This document shows, piece after piece, positions 1 through 9,097 of a DNA stretch of 64,000 bases; position 1 is the first letter of the stretch; every line of letters starts with the position of its first letter. Position numbers and translations under genes: made by a program. The stretch is from Vicinamibacteria bacterium (GTDB lineage Bacteria; Acidobacteriota; Vicinamibacteria; Marinacidobacterales; Marinacidobacteraceae): positions 1,024,001 to 1,088,000 of the forward strand of contig CAXXLQ010000004.1 in the NCBI GenBank assembly GCA_963668695.2. Direction: 5' to 3'. Under the pieces are notes generated by a model. That model ran no database searches and was not told the DNA's origin. It saw only the letters and a list, made by a program, of their open reading frames with translations.

Positions 1-450
1 GTGGACGGCAAAGGCCGCCGGGGTGGCGTGCGTCAGACGCATGTTGGACACGAGGCCGGTGGCGAGGCCTCGCTCCTCAGCCCACTCCAGGATGGTGGGG
101 ATTGGCTCGGCGCTTTCCGGGTCCACGCTGAGCGTCTCGGTGAGCACGCGCCGCCCGGTCGCCATCTGGGTGGCGGCGGCAGCGGAATCGGTGGTGATCC
201 GCGCGTAGGAGAACGGAATCGAATAGCCCGCGCTCCCGGCCTCGGCCAGCTCGGACATTCGGAGCGGCCGGCCCCGCACCTCGGCGGCGTAGGCCATCCC
301 CAGCGCCAACTGGTTCATTCCGAACCCGTCGCCGATGAACAGGATCACGTTCTTCGCCCGCGGGTTCTCCGGCGGCGCACAGCCCGAACCGGTGAGCCCA
401 AGCGCGAGGAGCGCCAAAGGAAGGATCGCGGCGAAGGGCCGCCGCCCGTC
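1..450 (-). CDS. Alkaline phosphatase family lipoprotein (5' part; runs off the window, start uncertain)
   Basis: Minus-strand translation by hand: LLALGLTGSGC lipobox-like signal, then KNVILFIGDGFG...TTDSAAAATQMATG...TGLVSNMRLTHATPAAF, the PhoA-type motifs. Not listed in the ORF track. Confidence 0.85.
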
Positions 451-992
451 TATTGGGGGCTCGTCAGGGCCGCGTAGTTTTCCTTGCAAAACCGCTCCAA
501 TTCCTTCGCCAGCTGGCTGGCGGCGTTGCGCAGGCTGGGCCCGTTTTCCCGCTCGTCCAGCCCGGTCAGGTTCCCCCGCGCCTCGCCCGCCAGCGCGACC
601 GCGTCCACGTAGTGAAATTCGATGATCTCACTCCGCTCGACCAACTCCACCCGGCCGTTCATGATCAACCGTTCGAGCTTCGGCATCATCACCTGCGAGG
701 TCCGGTAGTTGACGACGCGAAGCGTGATGTCCGCGCCGTCCGCGGATTCGGCGATTCGAAACCAGTCGCGGCGACCGCGGACGCGGTCTCGAACCTCCTC
801 GCTCGCCTTCTCCAGCCCTTCCTTGAGCTCGGCGTCCTCGGGGTCGCTCGCGTGTACGAAAACGGAGAAGGGCTCGGGTGGGCGCCGCGGCGCCTGTTCG
901 GTGGCGCCGGCCGCTGAAGCGGCGAACGCCATCAGGAGCAATAGCCCGGCGGGGGCCGCCGGTCGCGGATGTTGAAAGCGGTGGATGGTCAT
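450..992 (-). CDS. Exported protein, paralogue 1 of tandem variable-loop family A
   Basis: Signal peptide; shares PPEPFxVFVH, ITLRxxNYR, HYVDA, LxGLDE and LRNAAxxLAxELERFCKxNY with its neighbours. Confidence 0.8.
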   Translation of the reverse strand: MTIHRFQHPRPAAPAGLLLLMAFAASAAGATEQAPRRPPEPFSVFVHASDPEDAELKEGLEKASEEVRDRVRGRRDWFRIAESADGADITLRVVNYRTSQVMMPKLERLIMNGRVELVERSEIIEFHYVDAVALAGEARGNLTGLDERENGPSLRNAASQLAKELERFCKENYAALTSPQ

Positions 993-1114
993 GATGCCTC
1001 CCCGTGGTGCGCGAAGCCGGAAGGAGGGGCTGCACGCCCCGGAATCATTGCACGGTGGAGCGGGGCACGATGCTCCGCGATGCCGGGCGAGAGTTTCCTT
1101 TCCGGGAACAGCCG

Positions 1115-1762
1115 TCAGTCGCGGCTTGGGGAGGTGTTCCGTGACCGGGGAGCGGCACCACCGTCCCCCGGTTCGTCCGGTCTCGTCTCAGTCCGGAGTT
1201 GCCTGAGCGGACCGTAGTTGTCCTTGCAGAACCGCTCCAACTCCTTCGCGAGCTGGCCGGCGGCGTTGCGCAGGCCGGATCCGCCGTTCCAATGCCCTTC
1301 GTCCAGCCCCGAGAGTTTCACGCTCACCCCGCCGCCCCAAACGACCGCATCCACGAAGTGGTACGCCCGGCCCCGGTTAACCCACACTCCCGGCATCGTG
1401 TCATTCCCGCGGTACGGGGGATACCGGACCCGCCCGGTCCGGTAGTTGACGATGCGAAGAGTGACGTCCGCCGTCTCGGCGGAGACGGCCAGGCGGAACC
1501 ATTTCCGCCGTCGCTCCACCCGTTCCCGAACCATCGGTATTGCTTCCTCGAGCTTCGCCTTCAGCGCCGCGTCGGCCGGATCGCTGGTGTGGACGAAAAC
1601 GCGAAATGGCTCGGGAGGGTGCCGGGGCGCCTTTTCCTGTCCGCCGGCCGACGGCGTCCCGGTCGCCAACAGGGCGAAAACGACGAGTGCCCCACCGGGC
1701 CGATTCCAAAGGCGGGGCTGTTTCCCGGCCACTGCCGTCGCGGAAACCGTGTTGGAACGCAA
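1115..1762 (-). CDS. Exported protein, paralogue 2 of family A (start TTG 1762 or GTG 1732)
   Basis: 3' part of ORF 1115..1984; same scaffold motifs and a hydrophobic signal segment. Confidence 0.75.
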   Translation of the reverse strand: MRSNTVSATAVAGKQPRLWNRPGGALVVFALLATGTPSAGGQEKAPRHPPEPFRVFVHTSDPADAALKAKLEEAIPMVRERVERRRKWFRLAVSAETADVTLRIVNYRTGRVRYPPYRGNDTMPGVWVNRGRAYHFVDAVVWGGGVSVKLSGLDEGHWNGGSGLRNAAGQLAKELERFCKDNYGPLRQLRTETRPDEPGDGGAAPRSRNTSPSRD

Positions 1763-1860
1763 ATCAGTTTCCCGGTTGCATCGGCGGCGCCCCGCCATCT
1801 GCTCCTTCGCCAACCTCGGCCCCTGCCCGGAGCCGGCTGAGGGCGCCGTAGTTGTCCTTG
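1572..1860. repeat. 289-bp direct repeat, copy 1 (copy 2 at 2206-2494)
   Basis: Identical at an offset of 634 nt except one mismatch seen (ggcggggctg vs ggcggcgctg); spans a gene end plus the start of the next gene. Confidence 0.9.
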
Positions 1861-2396
1861 CAGAACCGCTCCAGCTCCTCCGCGAGGTGGCTGGCCGCAT
1901 TCCGAAGGGCGGGGCCGATGCCCACAGGACGCTCATCCAGCCCCGAAAGCGTCGTCCTGACGTCCCCGCCCTGAACGATCGCATCCAGGAAGTGGTATTC
2001 CCGCCCTCGCTGCCCCGGGTCTCCCGGTATCCCCCAAGGCAGGGTCCTCCTGAGAATCCAGTGCTGCTCGGCCCGGTAGTTCACGATACGGAGGGTGATC
2101 TGCGCCGCTTCGGGCAATTCCGCCAGTCGGAACCATTTCCGCCGCCGCTCCACCCGCTCCCGCACCATCGGCACCGCTTCTTCCAGCTTTGCCTTCAAGG
2201 CGGCATCGGCCGGATCGCTGGTGTGGACGAAAACGCGAAATGGCTCGGGAGGGTGCCGGGGCGCCTTTTCCTGTCCGCCGGCCGACGGCGTCCCGGTCGC
2301 CAACAGGGCGAAAACGACGAGTGCCCCACCGGGCCGATTCCAAAGGCGGCGCTGTTTCCCGGCCACTGCCGTCGCGGAAACCGTGTTGGAACGCAA
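1764..2396 (-). CDS. Exported protein, paralogue 3 of family A (start TTG 2396 or GTG 2366)
   Basis: Part of ORF 1764..2447; same scaffold motifs. Confidence 0.75.
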   Translation of the reverse strand: MRSNTVSATAVAGKQRRLWNRPGGALVVFALLATGTPSAGGQEKAPRHPPEPFRVFVHTSDPADAALKAKLEEAVPMVRERVERRRKWFRLAELPEAAQITLRIVNYRAEQHWILRRTLPWGIPGDPGQRGREYHFLDAIVQGGDVRTTLSGLDERPVGIGPALRNAASHLAEELERFCKDNYGALSRLRAGAEVGEGADGGAPPMQPGN

Positions 2397-2494
2397 ATCA
2401 GTTTCCCGGTTGCATCGGCGGCGCCCCGCCATCTGCTCCTTCGCCAACCTCGGCCCCTGCCCGGAGCCGGCTGAGGGCGCCGTAGTTGTCCTTG
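2206..2494. repeat. 289-bp direct repeat, copy 2
   Basis: Near-identical to 1572-1860. Confidence 0.9.
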
Positions 2495-2997
2495 GCGAAC
2501 CGCTCCAGCTCCTCCGCCAGATGACTCGCGGCGTTCCGAAGACCGGGTCCGGTGTCGACGCACCGATGGTCCAACCCCGACAGCCGCACCCTCAGGTCAC
2601 CGGCGAGGACGACCGCATCAACATAGTGGAATTCCGTGGCCCAGCAGTCGCCCATCGATTCGGTCCGGCCGCCTCGTACGCCTCCTTGTAGATCCCTTGG
2701 GTGCCCCTGCCGGTAGTTCGTAATCCGCAGCGTGATGTCGCCGGTCTCAGGGGAATCAGCCAACTGGAACCATCTCCCCCGCCGCTTCACCCGCTTCCGG
2801 ACCATCGGCAACGCCTCGTCAAGCCGCGCCTTCAACGCGGCATCGGCCGCTTCGATGGCGTGGACGAACACCCGAAACGGCTCCGGGGGGTTGCGGGGAG
2901 CTTTTTCCTGTCCCCCGGCAGCCACGGCAAACGCCGCGAGGGAGATCAGGGCGAGCGGCGCGCTCCGGGTCCGGTTGCCGGGTTTGCGAAGAGACAT
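2398..2997 (-). CDS. Exported protein, paralogue 4 of family A
   Basis: Signal peptide and scaffold motifs. Confidence 0.8.
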   Translation of the reverse strand: MSLRKPGNRTRSAPLALISLAAFAVAAGGQEKAPRNPPEPFRVFVHAIEAADAALKARLDEALPMVRKRVKRRGRWFQLADSPETGDITLRITNYRQGHPRDLQGGVRGGRTESMGDCWATEFHYVDAVVLAGDLRVRLSGLDHRCVDTGPGLRNAASHLAEELERFAKDNYGALSRLRAGAEVGEGADGGAPPMQPGN

Positions 2998-3000
2998 GGC

Positions 3001-3543
3001 TCACCGGGACCCGGTGTAGCTTTCTTCCGCGAATGTTTCGAGCTGCCGGACGAAGTCCGTGGCGGCGGACCGGAAACTGCCCACTTCCGTCGCTCCGGCG
3101 CCCGAACCCTTCACCTGTTTGCGCTTGCCGTCCACCCGGACGATGGCGTCGAAAGAGAAGAAGTCGCGGCCGCGCGATTCGAAGACGCGGTTCGCGATGA
3201 ATCCGGCAGGACCGCCGACGTGTCTCAGCTCGCTGGTGGCGGCCTGCGCATCGAAGACCGTGACCCGGATGTTCGCCGCGTCTCTTGAGTCGGTGAGCCG
3301 GAACGAGGCCGGGTGCTCCTCGAGTCCCTCCGCAAGCGCGCCGACCGCGTTCTGGAGGTGCGCATCGAGTTGGGCGTCCGCCTCACCGGCATAGGAAACG
3401 AAGACCGAATACGGCTTCGGAGGAGAGTCGGGAAGACTCATGGGCCCCAGCGCTGCAATGGGCGAAGCAGCTACCAGGGCCAAGGCCGTCACCGCTGGAA
3501 GAAGGAGTGACGCTCGGGATGAGCGAGCAGCAGAATCCGGCAT
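3001..3543 (-). CDS. Exported protein, divergent paralogue 5 of family A
   Basis: PPKPYSVFV...NIRVTV...FFSFDAIV...FRSAATDFVRQLETFAEESY aligns with the family scaffold; RBS ggagg upstream. Confidence 0.7.
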   Translation of the reverse strand: MPDSAARSSRASLLLPAVTALALVAASPIAALGPMSLPDSPPKPYSVFVSYAGEADAQLDAHLQNAVGALAEGLEEHPASFRLTDSRDAANIRVTVFDAQAATSELRHVGGPAGFIANRVFESRGRDFFSFDAIVRVDGKRKQVKGSGAGATEVGSFRSAATDFVRQLETFAEESYTGSR

Positions 3544-3653
3544 GGCGACCTCCTGTTCCTAGCTCAAGGCAAGCAAGACTCGTGCTAGGCGGGCACGTCC
3601 GGCGCGCGCAAAGTCGAACCTTCTTCGGCGGGGGACAACGCCCGCCGGGCCGG

Positions 3654-4958
3654 TCACCCGTCCACGGTGTTCGGGACGAAGCGATCGGCCGCCGGGGCGA
3701 ACGCCTCGACTTCCTCGCCGCCCTCGAAGGCGCCGACTACCGATTCCAGTAACGACGTCCTCACGACTTCCGCAGGATCCGGAAACAGTCGCTCCTCCAG
3801 GCGCGCGACCCGCCTGGGGTCCGAGCGGGTGCGGGGCGACCCGGCAATCAGGGCGCAGCAGTCTTTCGCGGGAATGGCGGAGATTTCCCAAGTCCCGATT
3901 TTTTGTGCCCGGTCCATGATCGCGAGCTTGTCGAACCCGACCAACGGGCGGAGGACGGGCAGGGAAACCGCGGCGTCGGCGCTGATCAGGTTTGCCAGTG
4001 TCTGTGACGCCACCTGCGAGAGACTGTCGCCCGTGGTGAGCGCCTCCGACCCGAACCTTCGGGCCACGGCTTCACCGCAGCGGAAGGCAAACCGCCGAAA
4101 CAGCACGGCCTCGTAGCCAGTCCGGCTGCCGGTGAGCCTCAGATCGAAGTGGGTGTACGGGACCAACACGAGTCGTGACCGGCCCGTGTAGCGCGAAAGG
4201 GCGCGGACCAGTTGGGCGGCCTTGCCCGCGGCGGGTGAGGACGGATCGGGGCGGGACGGCGTCAGATGGACGAAATCCAGCGATGCACCCCGGCCTGCCA
4301 TCATCCAGGCAGCCACCGGCGAATCGAAGCCGCCGGAGAGCATCGCGACCAGCCGGCCCGCAACCCCCACCGGAAGACCGCCGGGCCCCCGCACCCGATG
4401 CGTCCAGACGTAGATGGCTTCTTTGTGGGGCTCTACGAACACGGTGAGCGCCGGATTCGAGAGGTCGACCTGATCCCAGCCGGTGCGCTCCAGAATGGCG
4501 CTTCCTACCGATTCGGCAATCGCTAGCGACCGGATCGGGAAACCCGGGTCGCGGCGCCGCACCCGCACGGCAAAACCCGCCCCGGGCGCCGTTCGGCCCT
4601 CCTCCGCCAATCGGCAGCACAGCGTCGTCGTTGCTTCCAGAACACGTTCCACCGGGAGCGCTTCGCCGCCTCGAACGCGCGGAATCACGAAAGCCGGGAG
4701 CGCCAGCTCGACGCCGAAGACGGTGACGATCGCTTCGAGAGCCCGGTCCAATTCAGCGATTTCCGCGGGTGGAATCTCGATCCAGACGCGGTCGCCGGCC
4801 GAACTCGCCCGCCAACGGAGACCGATCCCGCGGAGCCGCTGGCCCAGGTTGCGTTTGAGCGCCTCCCGGAAGGAGGGGCGGTTCCGGCCCTTGATGCGGA
4901 TCTCCGGCGCGCGGATCAGAATCCTGCGGGGCGAATCGGAGCCGGGAATCGCAGCCAC
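3654..4958 (-). CDS. thiI: tRNA 4-thiouridine synthase ThiI (start approximate)
   Basis: EIRIKGRNR N-terminus, THUMP region, PP-loop SGGFDS, GDSLSQVASQTLAN and DCC motifs. Confidence 0.9.
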   Translation of the reverse strand: MAAIPGSDSPRRILIRAPEIRIKGRNRPSFREALKRNLGQRLRGIGLRWRASSAGDRVWIEIPPAEIAELDRALEAIVTVFGVELALPAFVIPRVRGGEALPVERVLEATTTLCCRLAEEGRTAPGAGFAVRVRRRDPGFPIRSLAIAESVGSAILERTGWDQVDLSNPALTVFVEPHKEAIYVWTHRVRGPGGLPVGVAGRLVAMLSGGFDSPVAAWMMAGRGASLDFVHLTPSRPDPSSPAAGKAAQLVRALSRYTGRSRLVLVPYTHFDLRLTGSRTGYEAVLFRRFAFRCGEAVARRFGSEALTTGDSLSQVASQTLANLISADAAVSLPVLRPLVGFDKLAIMDRAQKIGTWEISAIPAKDCCALIAGSPRTRSDPRRVARLEERLFPDPAEVVRTSLLESVVGAFEGGEEVEAFAPAADRFVPNTVDG

Positions 4959-5115
4959 CCCACCGGGGCGTTCAGCAGCTGCCCGAGCGCCCTCTGGGGC
5001 AAACGAAGTGAGAAGGCTGTCCTGCAAGGCTACGACCGGGGTCAATCTCGGATGCTCCGGCCGAAAAGCGATGGTACGCGGGCCGGGCCGGCAGACGCGG
5101 TGAAGGCGCATCGGG

Positions 5116-5192
<77 letters not shown>

Positions 5193-5211
5193 AACCCGAT
5201 ACGAACCACGC

Positions 5212-5287
5212 TGGTACGCCTGAGAGGATTCGAACCTCCGACTTCTTGCTCCGGAGGCAAGCGCTCTATCCCCTGAGCTACAGGCGC
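5212..5287 (-). tRNA. tRNA-Arg(CCG)
   Basis: Reverse complement GCGCCTGTAGCTCAG...CTTGC-CTCCGGA-GCAAG...GGTTCGAATCC...GGCGTACCA. Confidence 0.95.
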
Positions 5288-5308
5288 TCCCAGCGGAACG
5301 CGGAAGGT

Positions 5309-5493
5309 TAACAGCCTGTGGTGAAACCCAGGCGGCGTTCGAGCGGCGATCCATCCCGCCTGAACCGCGCCGCTTTGCGGCGCTCTGCGTTGCGTTTCGG
5401 TCGAAATACACCCGGTATTCCTCCCTCACGCGCCTTGTCAGCCGGGCGCCTCACCGCTCTCGGCGCTCACCCGGGTTCCACCACAGGCTGTTA
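5309..5493 (-). mobile_element. Palindromic MITE copy 1
   Basis: Ends taacagcctgtggtgaaaccc and gggttccaccacaggctgtta; core shared with the other copies in reverse orientation. Confidence 0.8.
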
Positions 5494-5520
5494 GCAGTCC
5501 GAAGACAGAGTGGATCGCGG

Positions 5521-6483
5521 TCAGCTTCCAACGAGCCTCCGTAGGAGTTCCTGCTTCAGTTCGGGGTGAGGGGTATGGCACCAGGTGACGGGCCAACCCC
5601 GTTCCGCGCCGACGCGCACCAGCCACGGCTTTGTTTGGGTGGTATCCGAAGATGCGTCGGCAGGCCCCTCCCGGACGACGACCTGGGTCCGGTCGCACTC
5701 CAGAAGCTCCGGCGCCACCAGAAAGGAAACCGCGAAGGAATCGAACGGGTAGGTGGCGCGCTGTCCATAGTTCTCCCCGAACCAGTCGAGATAGTCCTCG
5801 ATCGGCTCGCGGAAGAAATCCCCGAAAGGGGTGTCCCACAGTTCGGCCCAGTCCTCCGCGGATATCGGCAACTTCGCCGCGAGTTCGAAGGGGGCCAGCA
5901 CCACCGGAGCGCCGCTTTGAAGCACCACCTCTGCCGCGTTCGGATCGAGTTCGAAGTTGAAATCGAGCAGGTTGGGGCCGCCTCCGGGAAAGGTCAGCGC
6001 CTCCCCGGCGCGCCGACCGATCACCAGGATGACGGTTTCGATGCGCTCCGCGAGATCCGGCCGTTCCCGAAGCGCGGCGGCAACGTTGGTCGCCGGGCCG
6101 AGGGCCAGCACGGTCAGCGGCTCTCGCTCGAGCGCCGCAATCAGCGCCCGGGATGCGGGGGTCGGATCGGGGGAAGGCCCGGCGCTCCCCTGATGAACCG
6201 CGAGCCCGGGCGGGGCGAAGCGCGCGACGATCTCCTTCGCGATGGGATACCCGCGTTCCACGGGCGCGTTTCCGAACACCACGCTCACCCCCGCCACTCG
6301 CAGCTCCGGCGAATGGAACGCCTGAACCATTGCCACCCCGTCATCCGGCTCGTGCCCGCCCGGCATGACCGCGGGGTCCACGTCGAGCCAGATCGCTCGG
6401 GGCGGTGGCGGGTGATCAGGGACACCCCCGCAGGCGGCGGCGAGCAACACCGCGGCCGGCAGCAAGGCGCGCGTGCCGCTCAA
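5521..6483 (-). CDS. Nucleoside hydrolase family lipoprotein
   Basis: C-terminal part of ORF 5521..7776: lipobox LAAAC, LDVDP...DD, GPATNVA, DFNFELDPNAA; TTG start overlaps the upstream stop. Confidence 0.85.
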   Translation of the reverse strand: MSGTRALLPAAVLLAAACGGVPDHPPPPRAIWLDVDPAVMPGGHEPDDGVAMVQAFHSPELRVAGVSVVFGNAPVERGYPIAKEIVARFAPPGLAVHQGSAGPSPDPTPASRALIAALEREPLTVLALGPATNVAAALRERPDLAERIETVILVIGRRAGEALTFPGGGPNLLDFNFELDPNAAEVVLQSGAPVVLAPFELAAKLPISAEDWAELWDTPFGDFFREPIEDYLDWFGENYGQRATYPFDSFAVSFLVAPELLECDRTQVVVREGPADASSDTTQTKPWLVRVGAERGWPVTWCHTPHPELKQELLRRLVGS

Positions 6484-8396
6484 ACCCCGACAGGCGTCCC
6501 GGCGACCGGCTCCGGAAGCGGCGCCTCGACCGCCGCCGGCGGGTCGTAGAGATTCGGAACCCGGCCCTCGAGCAACGTGGGGAAGCCGTCCCTCAGGAAA
6601 TCCTGAGCGAGGGCGTACGTCTCCTGGTCCTGATTTCGCCGGAGCCCGCGTCTCAACTCGCCGATCCGGGTCCTGGATCCGGCGCAAAAACTCTCGACCA
6701 GCGGCAAGACGTCCTCTCTCCGCGCTCCCCGGGCGAGGAGCGCCTCGGCGTGCACGACGGTGGCGACCTGGGCGTAGAGCTCGGCGCCGAAATCCACGAA
6801 ACGCCAGAGAAGCATCTGTCGCTTTTCGAGCCCGGGCCCGTAGCGCAGCATGGCGTGGAAGAGGCTTCGCGCGAGACGATGGCTGCTCTTCGCGACGAAG
6901 CGCAGGTGCCGGCGCGCCCAGGCGTCGCCGCCTCCCGGCGCCATCGCCGGAAGCCATTGTCTGACGTACCAGGGGACATAGAAGAGACCAGCCCGGAGGG
7001 CCGTCGCCACCCGCTTCGAAAGCGGCAGCGCGGGATTCATCACCGGGCCGGCACGCCGGAGGTGAGGATCGAGCACTTCGCGGGCGATGAACAGCCGCAG
7101 GATTTCGCTCGATCCCTCGAAGATGGTGTTGATCCGGTTGTCCCGAAGCGTCCGCTCGGCCGGGAAGGGACGTTCGCCGCGTGCCGCGAGCGATGCCGCG
7201 GTTTCGTAGCCCCGTCCCCCCAGCACCTGGACGGTCTCGTCCGCGATCCGCCACGCCGCCTCGCTCGCGTACATCTTGGAGATGGCGGCCTCGATGCGAA
7301 TGTCCGCTCCCCCGATGTCCACGAGGAGCGAAGTGAGATCGGACATCGCATCCATCGCGAAGGTCGTGGCCGCCATCCGCCCGATCTTGTCGGCGATCGC
7401 GGCATGCTCCCCGATCGGGGCTCCCCACTGCACCCGCTCCCGCGCCCAGGTCCGGGCGATATAGAGCGATCGCTTGGCCGTTCCGATGCAGATCCCCGGG
7501 AGCGTCAGGCGACCCGTATTCAGGGTGGTAAGCGCGACCCGGAGCCCCTTTCCGACCGGACCGAGGACGTTGTCCCTGGGGATCCGCACCTCGGTAAAGC
7601 GCATCACGCCGTTGTAGAGCGCCTTGAGCCCCATGAAATGGCAGCGCCGGACGACCTCGACGCCCGGCCAACGGGTATCCACGATGAAGGTGGTGATCCC
7701 CTCGCGCCCTCCGGGTGTTTCGGCCGGGGTGCGCGCCATCACCACGAGCCAGCGGGCCTTGGTGCCATTCGTGCACCAGAGTTTTTCGCCGTTGAGGATG
7801 AAGAAGCGGCCGTCGGGAGTGGGTTCGGCAAGCGCCTGCATCCGCGCGGCGTCCGATCCGACCGTCGTCTCGGTCAAGGCGAACGCCGAGATGTCTCCCG
7901 CGGCTACCTGGGGCAGGAACTCCCTTTTTTGCTCCTCGGTGCCGAACAACAGGATCGGCTGCGCGATCCCGATGGATTGATGGGCGGAGATCAGCGACGC
8001 GAGGCTCCCGCAGTGGCTCCCGAGCAGAATCGCGGATCGGGTGTAGATCCGCTGGGAGAGGCCAAGTCCCCCGTAGCGCTTCGGTATCTTGATTCCGAAG
8101 GCGCCCATCGCCGCCAGATCTCGAAACACCGAATCCGGGATTTCTCCGGTACGGTCGATCTCGTCGGCGTCCACCGACTCCAGCAGGAAGGTCTCAAGCC
8201 GCTCGAGGAAAGCCTCCCCCTCGGGCTCCACCCCGCTGTCGGGGTAGGGCCGCACGATCCCGGTGGACAGGCGGCCGAGGAAAAGACCACCGGCAAAGGT
8301 CGGGTACCGCCATCCCGTCTCCCGCGCCGCCTCTGCGAGCTCGAAAGCCGCCCGCTTGCCGGCCGACATCCGGGAGGTATCAATGGGGGTGGTCAT
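6480..8396 (-). CDS. Acyl-CoA dehydrogenase (long, VLCAD/FadE-like)
   Basis: AFALTE..GSD, LNGEKLWCTNG, TLNTGR, GGRGY and IFEGSSEI motifs. Confidence 0.92.
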   Translation of the reverse strand: MTTPIDTSRMSAGKRAAFELAEAARETGWRYPTFAGGLFLGRLSTGIVRPYPDSGVEPEGEAFLERLETFLLESVDADEIDRTGEIPDSVFRDLAAMGAFGIKIPKRYGGLGLSQRIYTRSAILLGSHCGSLASLISAHQSIGIAQPILLFGTEEQKREFLPQVAAGDISAFALTETTVGSDAARMQALAEPTPDGRFFILNGEKLWCTNGTKARWLVVMARTPAETPGGREGITTFIVDTRWPGVEVVRRCHFMGLKALYNGVMRFTEVRIPRDNVLGPVGKGLRVALTTLNTGRLTLPGICIGTAKRSLYIARTWARERVQWGAPIGEHAAIADKIGRMAATTFAMDAMSDLTSLLVDIGGADIRIEAAISKMYASEAAWRIADETVQVLGGRGYETAASLAARGERPFPAERTLRDNRINTIFEGSSEILRLFIAREVLDPHLRRAGPVMNPALPLSKRVATALRAGLFYVPWYVRQWLPAMAPGGGDAWARRHLRFVAKSSHRLARSLFHAMLRYGPGLEKRQMLLWRFVDFGAELYAQVATVVHAEALLARGARREDVLPLVESFCAGSRTRIGELRRGLRRNQDQETYALAQDFLRDGFPTLLEGRVPNLYDPPAAVEAPLPEPVAGTPVGV

Positions 8397-8577
8397 GACT
8401 GGCCGGTCCCGATTCTACGCACCTCGCAGTCGCGACCGAGTTCCGGTCCCGGTATCCTCCAGCGCAAGGACGTCGGCCGGCGGGGCTTCCTCGGGTGGAG
8501 GAGTTGATTTCTCCATTTCCTGCTCTCGAACCTCTCGAGATGCCGATCCGCTGAATGGCCCGACCAAGGAGGACGAA

Positions 8578-9024
8578 GTGAACAGCCTACTGATGGTGTC
8601 CCTCGCCCTGGTAAGCGCGCAGTCCGCGCAGTCATGGAAGCCCTTCGAATTCATGGGCGTCCACGGCGGCGAATTCATCGCCGCGGAACACACTGCGATC
8701 GTGGTTCAGTGCAGCGAGGAACAGGAACAGATTCTCGTTACGGTGCACGTTCCACACCCGGAGGTACCGGGGCAGACGGTGCTGAGGCAGCAGACCCTCT
8801 ACCTGGAGATGGACGGCGGCGAGACCCGGACCTTGGAGAAGACGGAGGACCGGCCTTTCCCGGGGATCTTCCAGTTCGAGCCGGAAGAGTGGTTCGTGGA
8901 CTTCCTTCTTGCCGGTGGCACTCTGGGGGCGAGGTTCGAAGGCGTGACGCTGGAAGTCCCGGTGGACGGAGCCTTCATGAAGACAGCCCTCGACCACTGC
9001 ACCGGCGGCGAACACGCCCACTGA
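8578..9024 (+). CDS. Hypothetical secreted protein
   Basis: GTG start after RBS aaggagga; short signal peptide; codon usage typical of the window. Confidence 0.6.
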   Translation: MNSLLMVSLALVSAQSAQSWKPFEFMGVHGGEFIAAEHTAIVVQCSEEQEQILVTVHVPHPEVPGQTVLRQQTLYLEMDGGETRTLEKTEDRPFPGIFQFEPEEWFVDFLLAGGTLGARFEGVTLEVPVDGAFMKTALDHCTGGEHAH

Positions 9025-9097
9025 TCGCACCCCGCGGGGGCGGACAGCAGCGCGGCGCCGCGCCGCCGGTCTCGCCGTGAGATAGCCGGCCCGGGCC

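Noticed and set aside
450-3543. Diversity-generating retroelement as the source of loop variation
   Set aside because: Loops are non-homologous rather than differing only at adenines, and no RT or template repeat is in the window; a remote DGR cannot be fully excluded.
5521-7776. 751-aa ORF as a fusion protein
   Set aside because: The first ~430 codons overlap the acyl-CoA dehydrogenase in another frame and look non-coding; only the nucleoside hydrolase part is supported.
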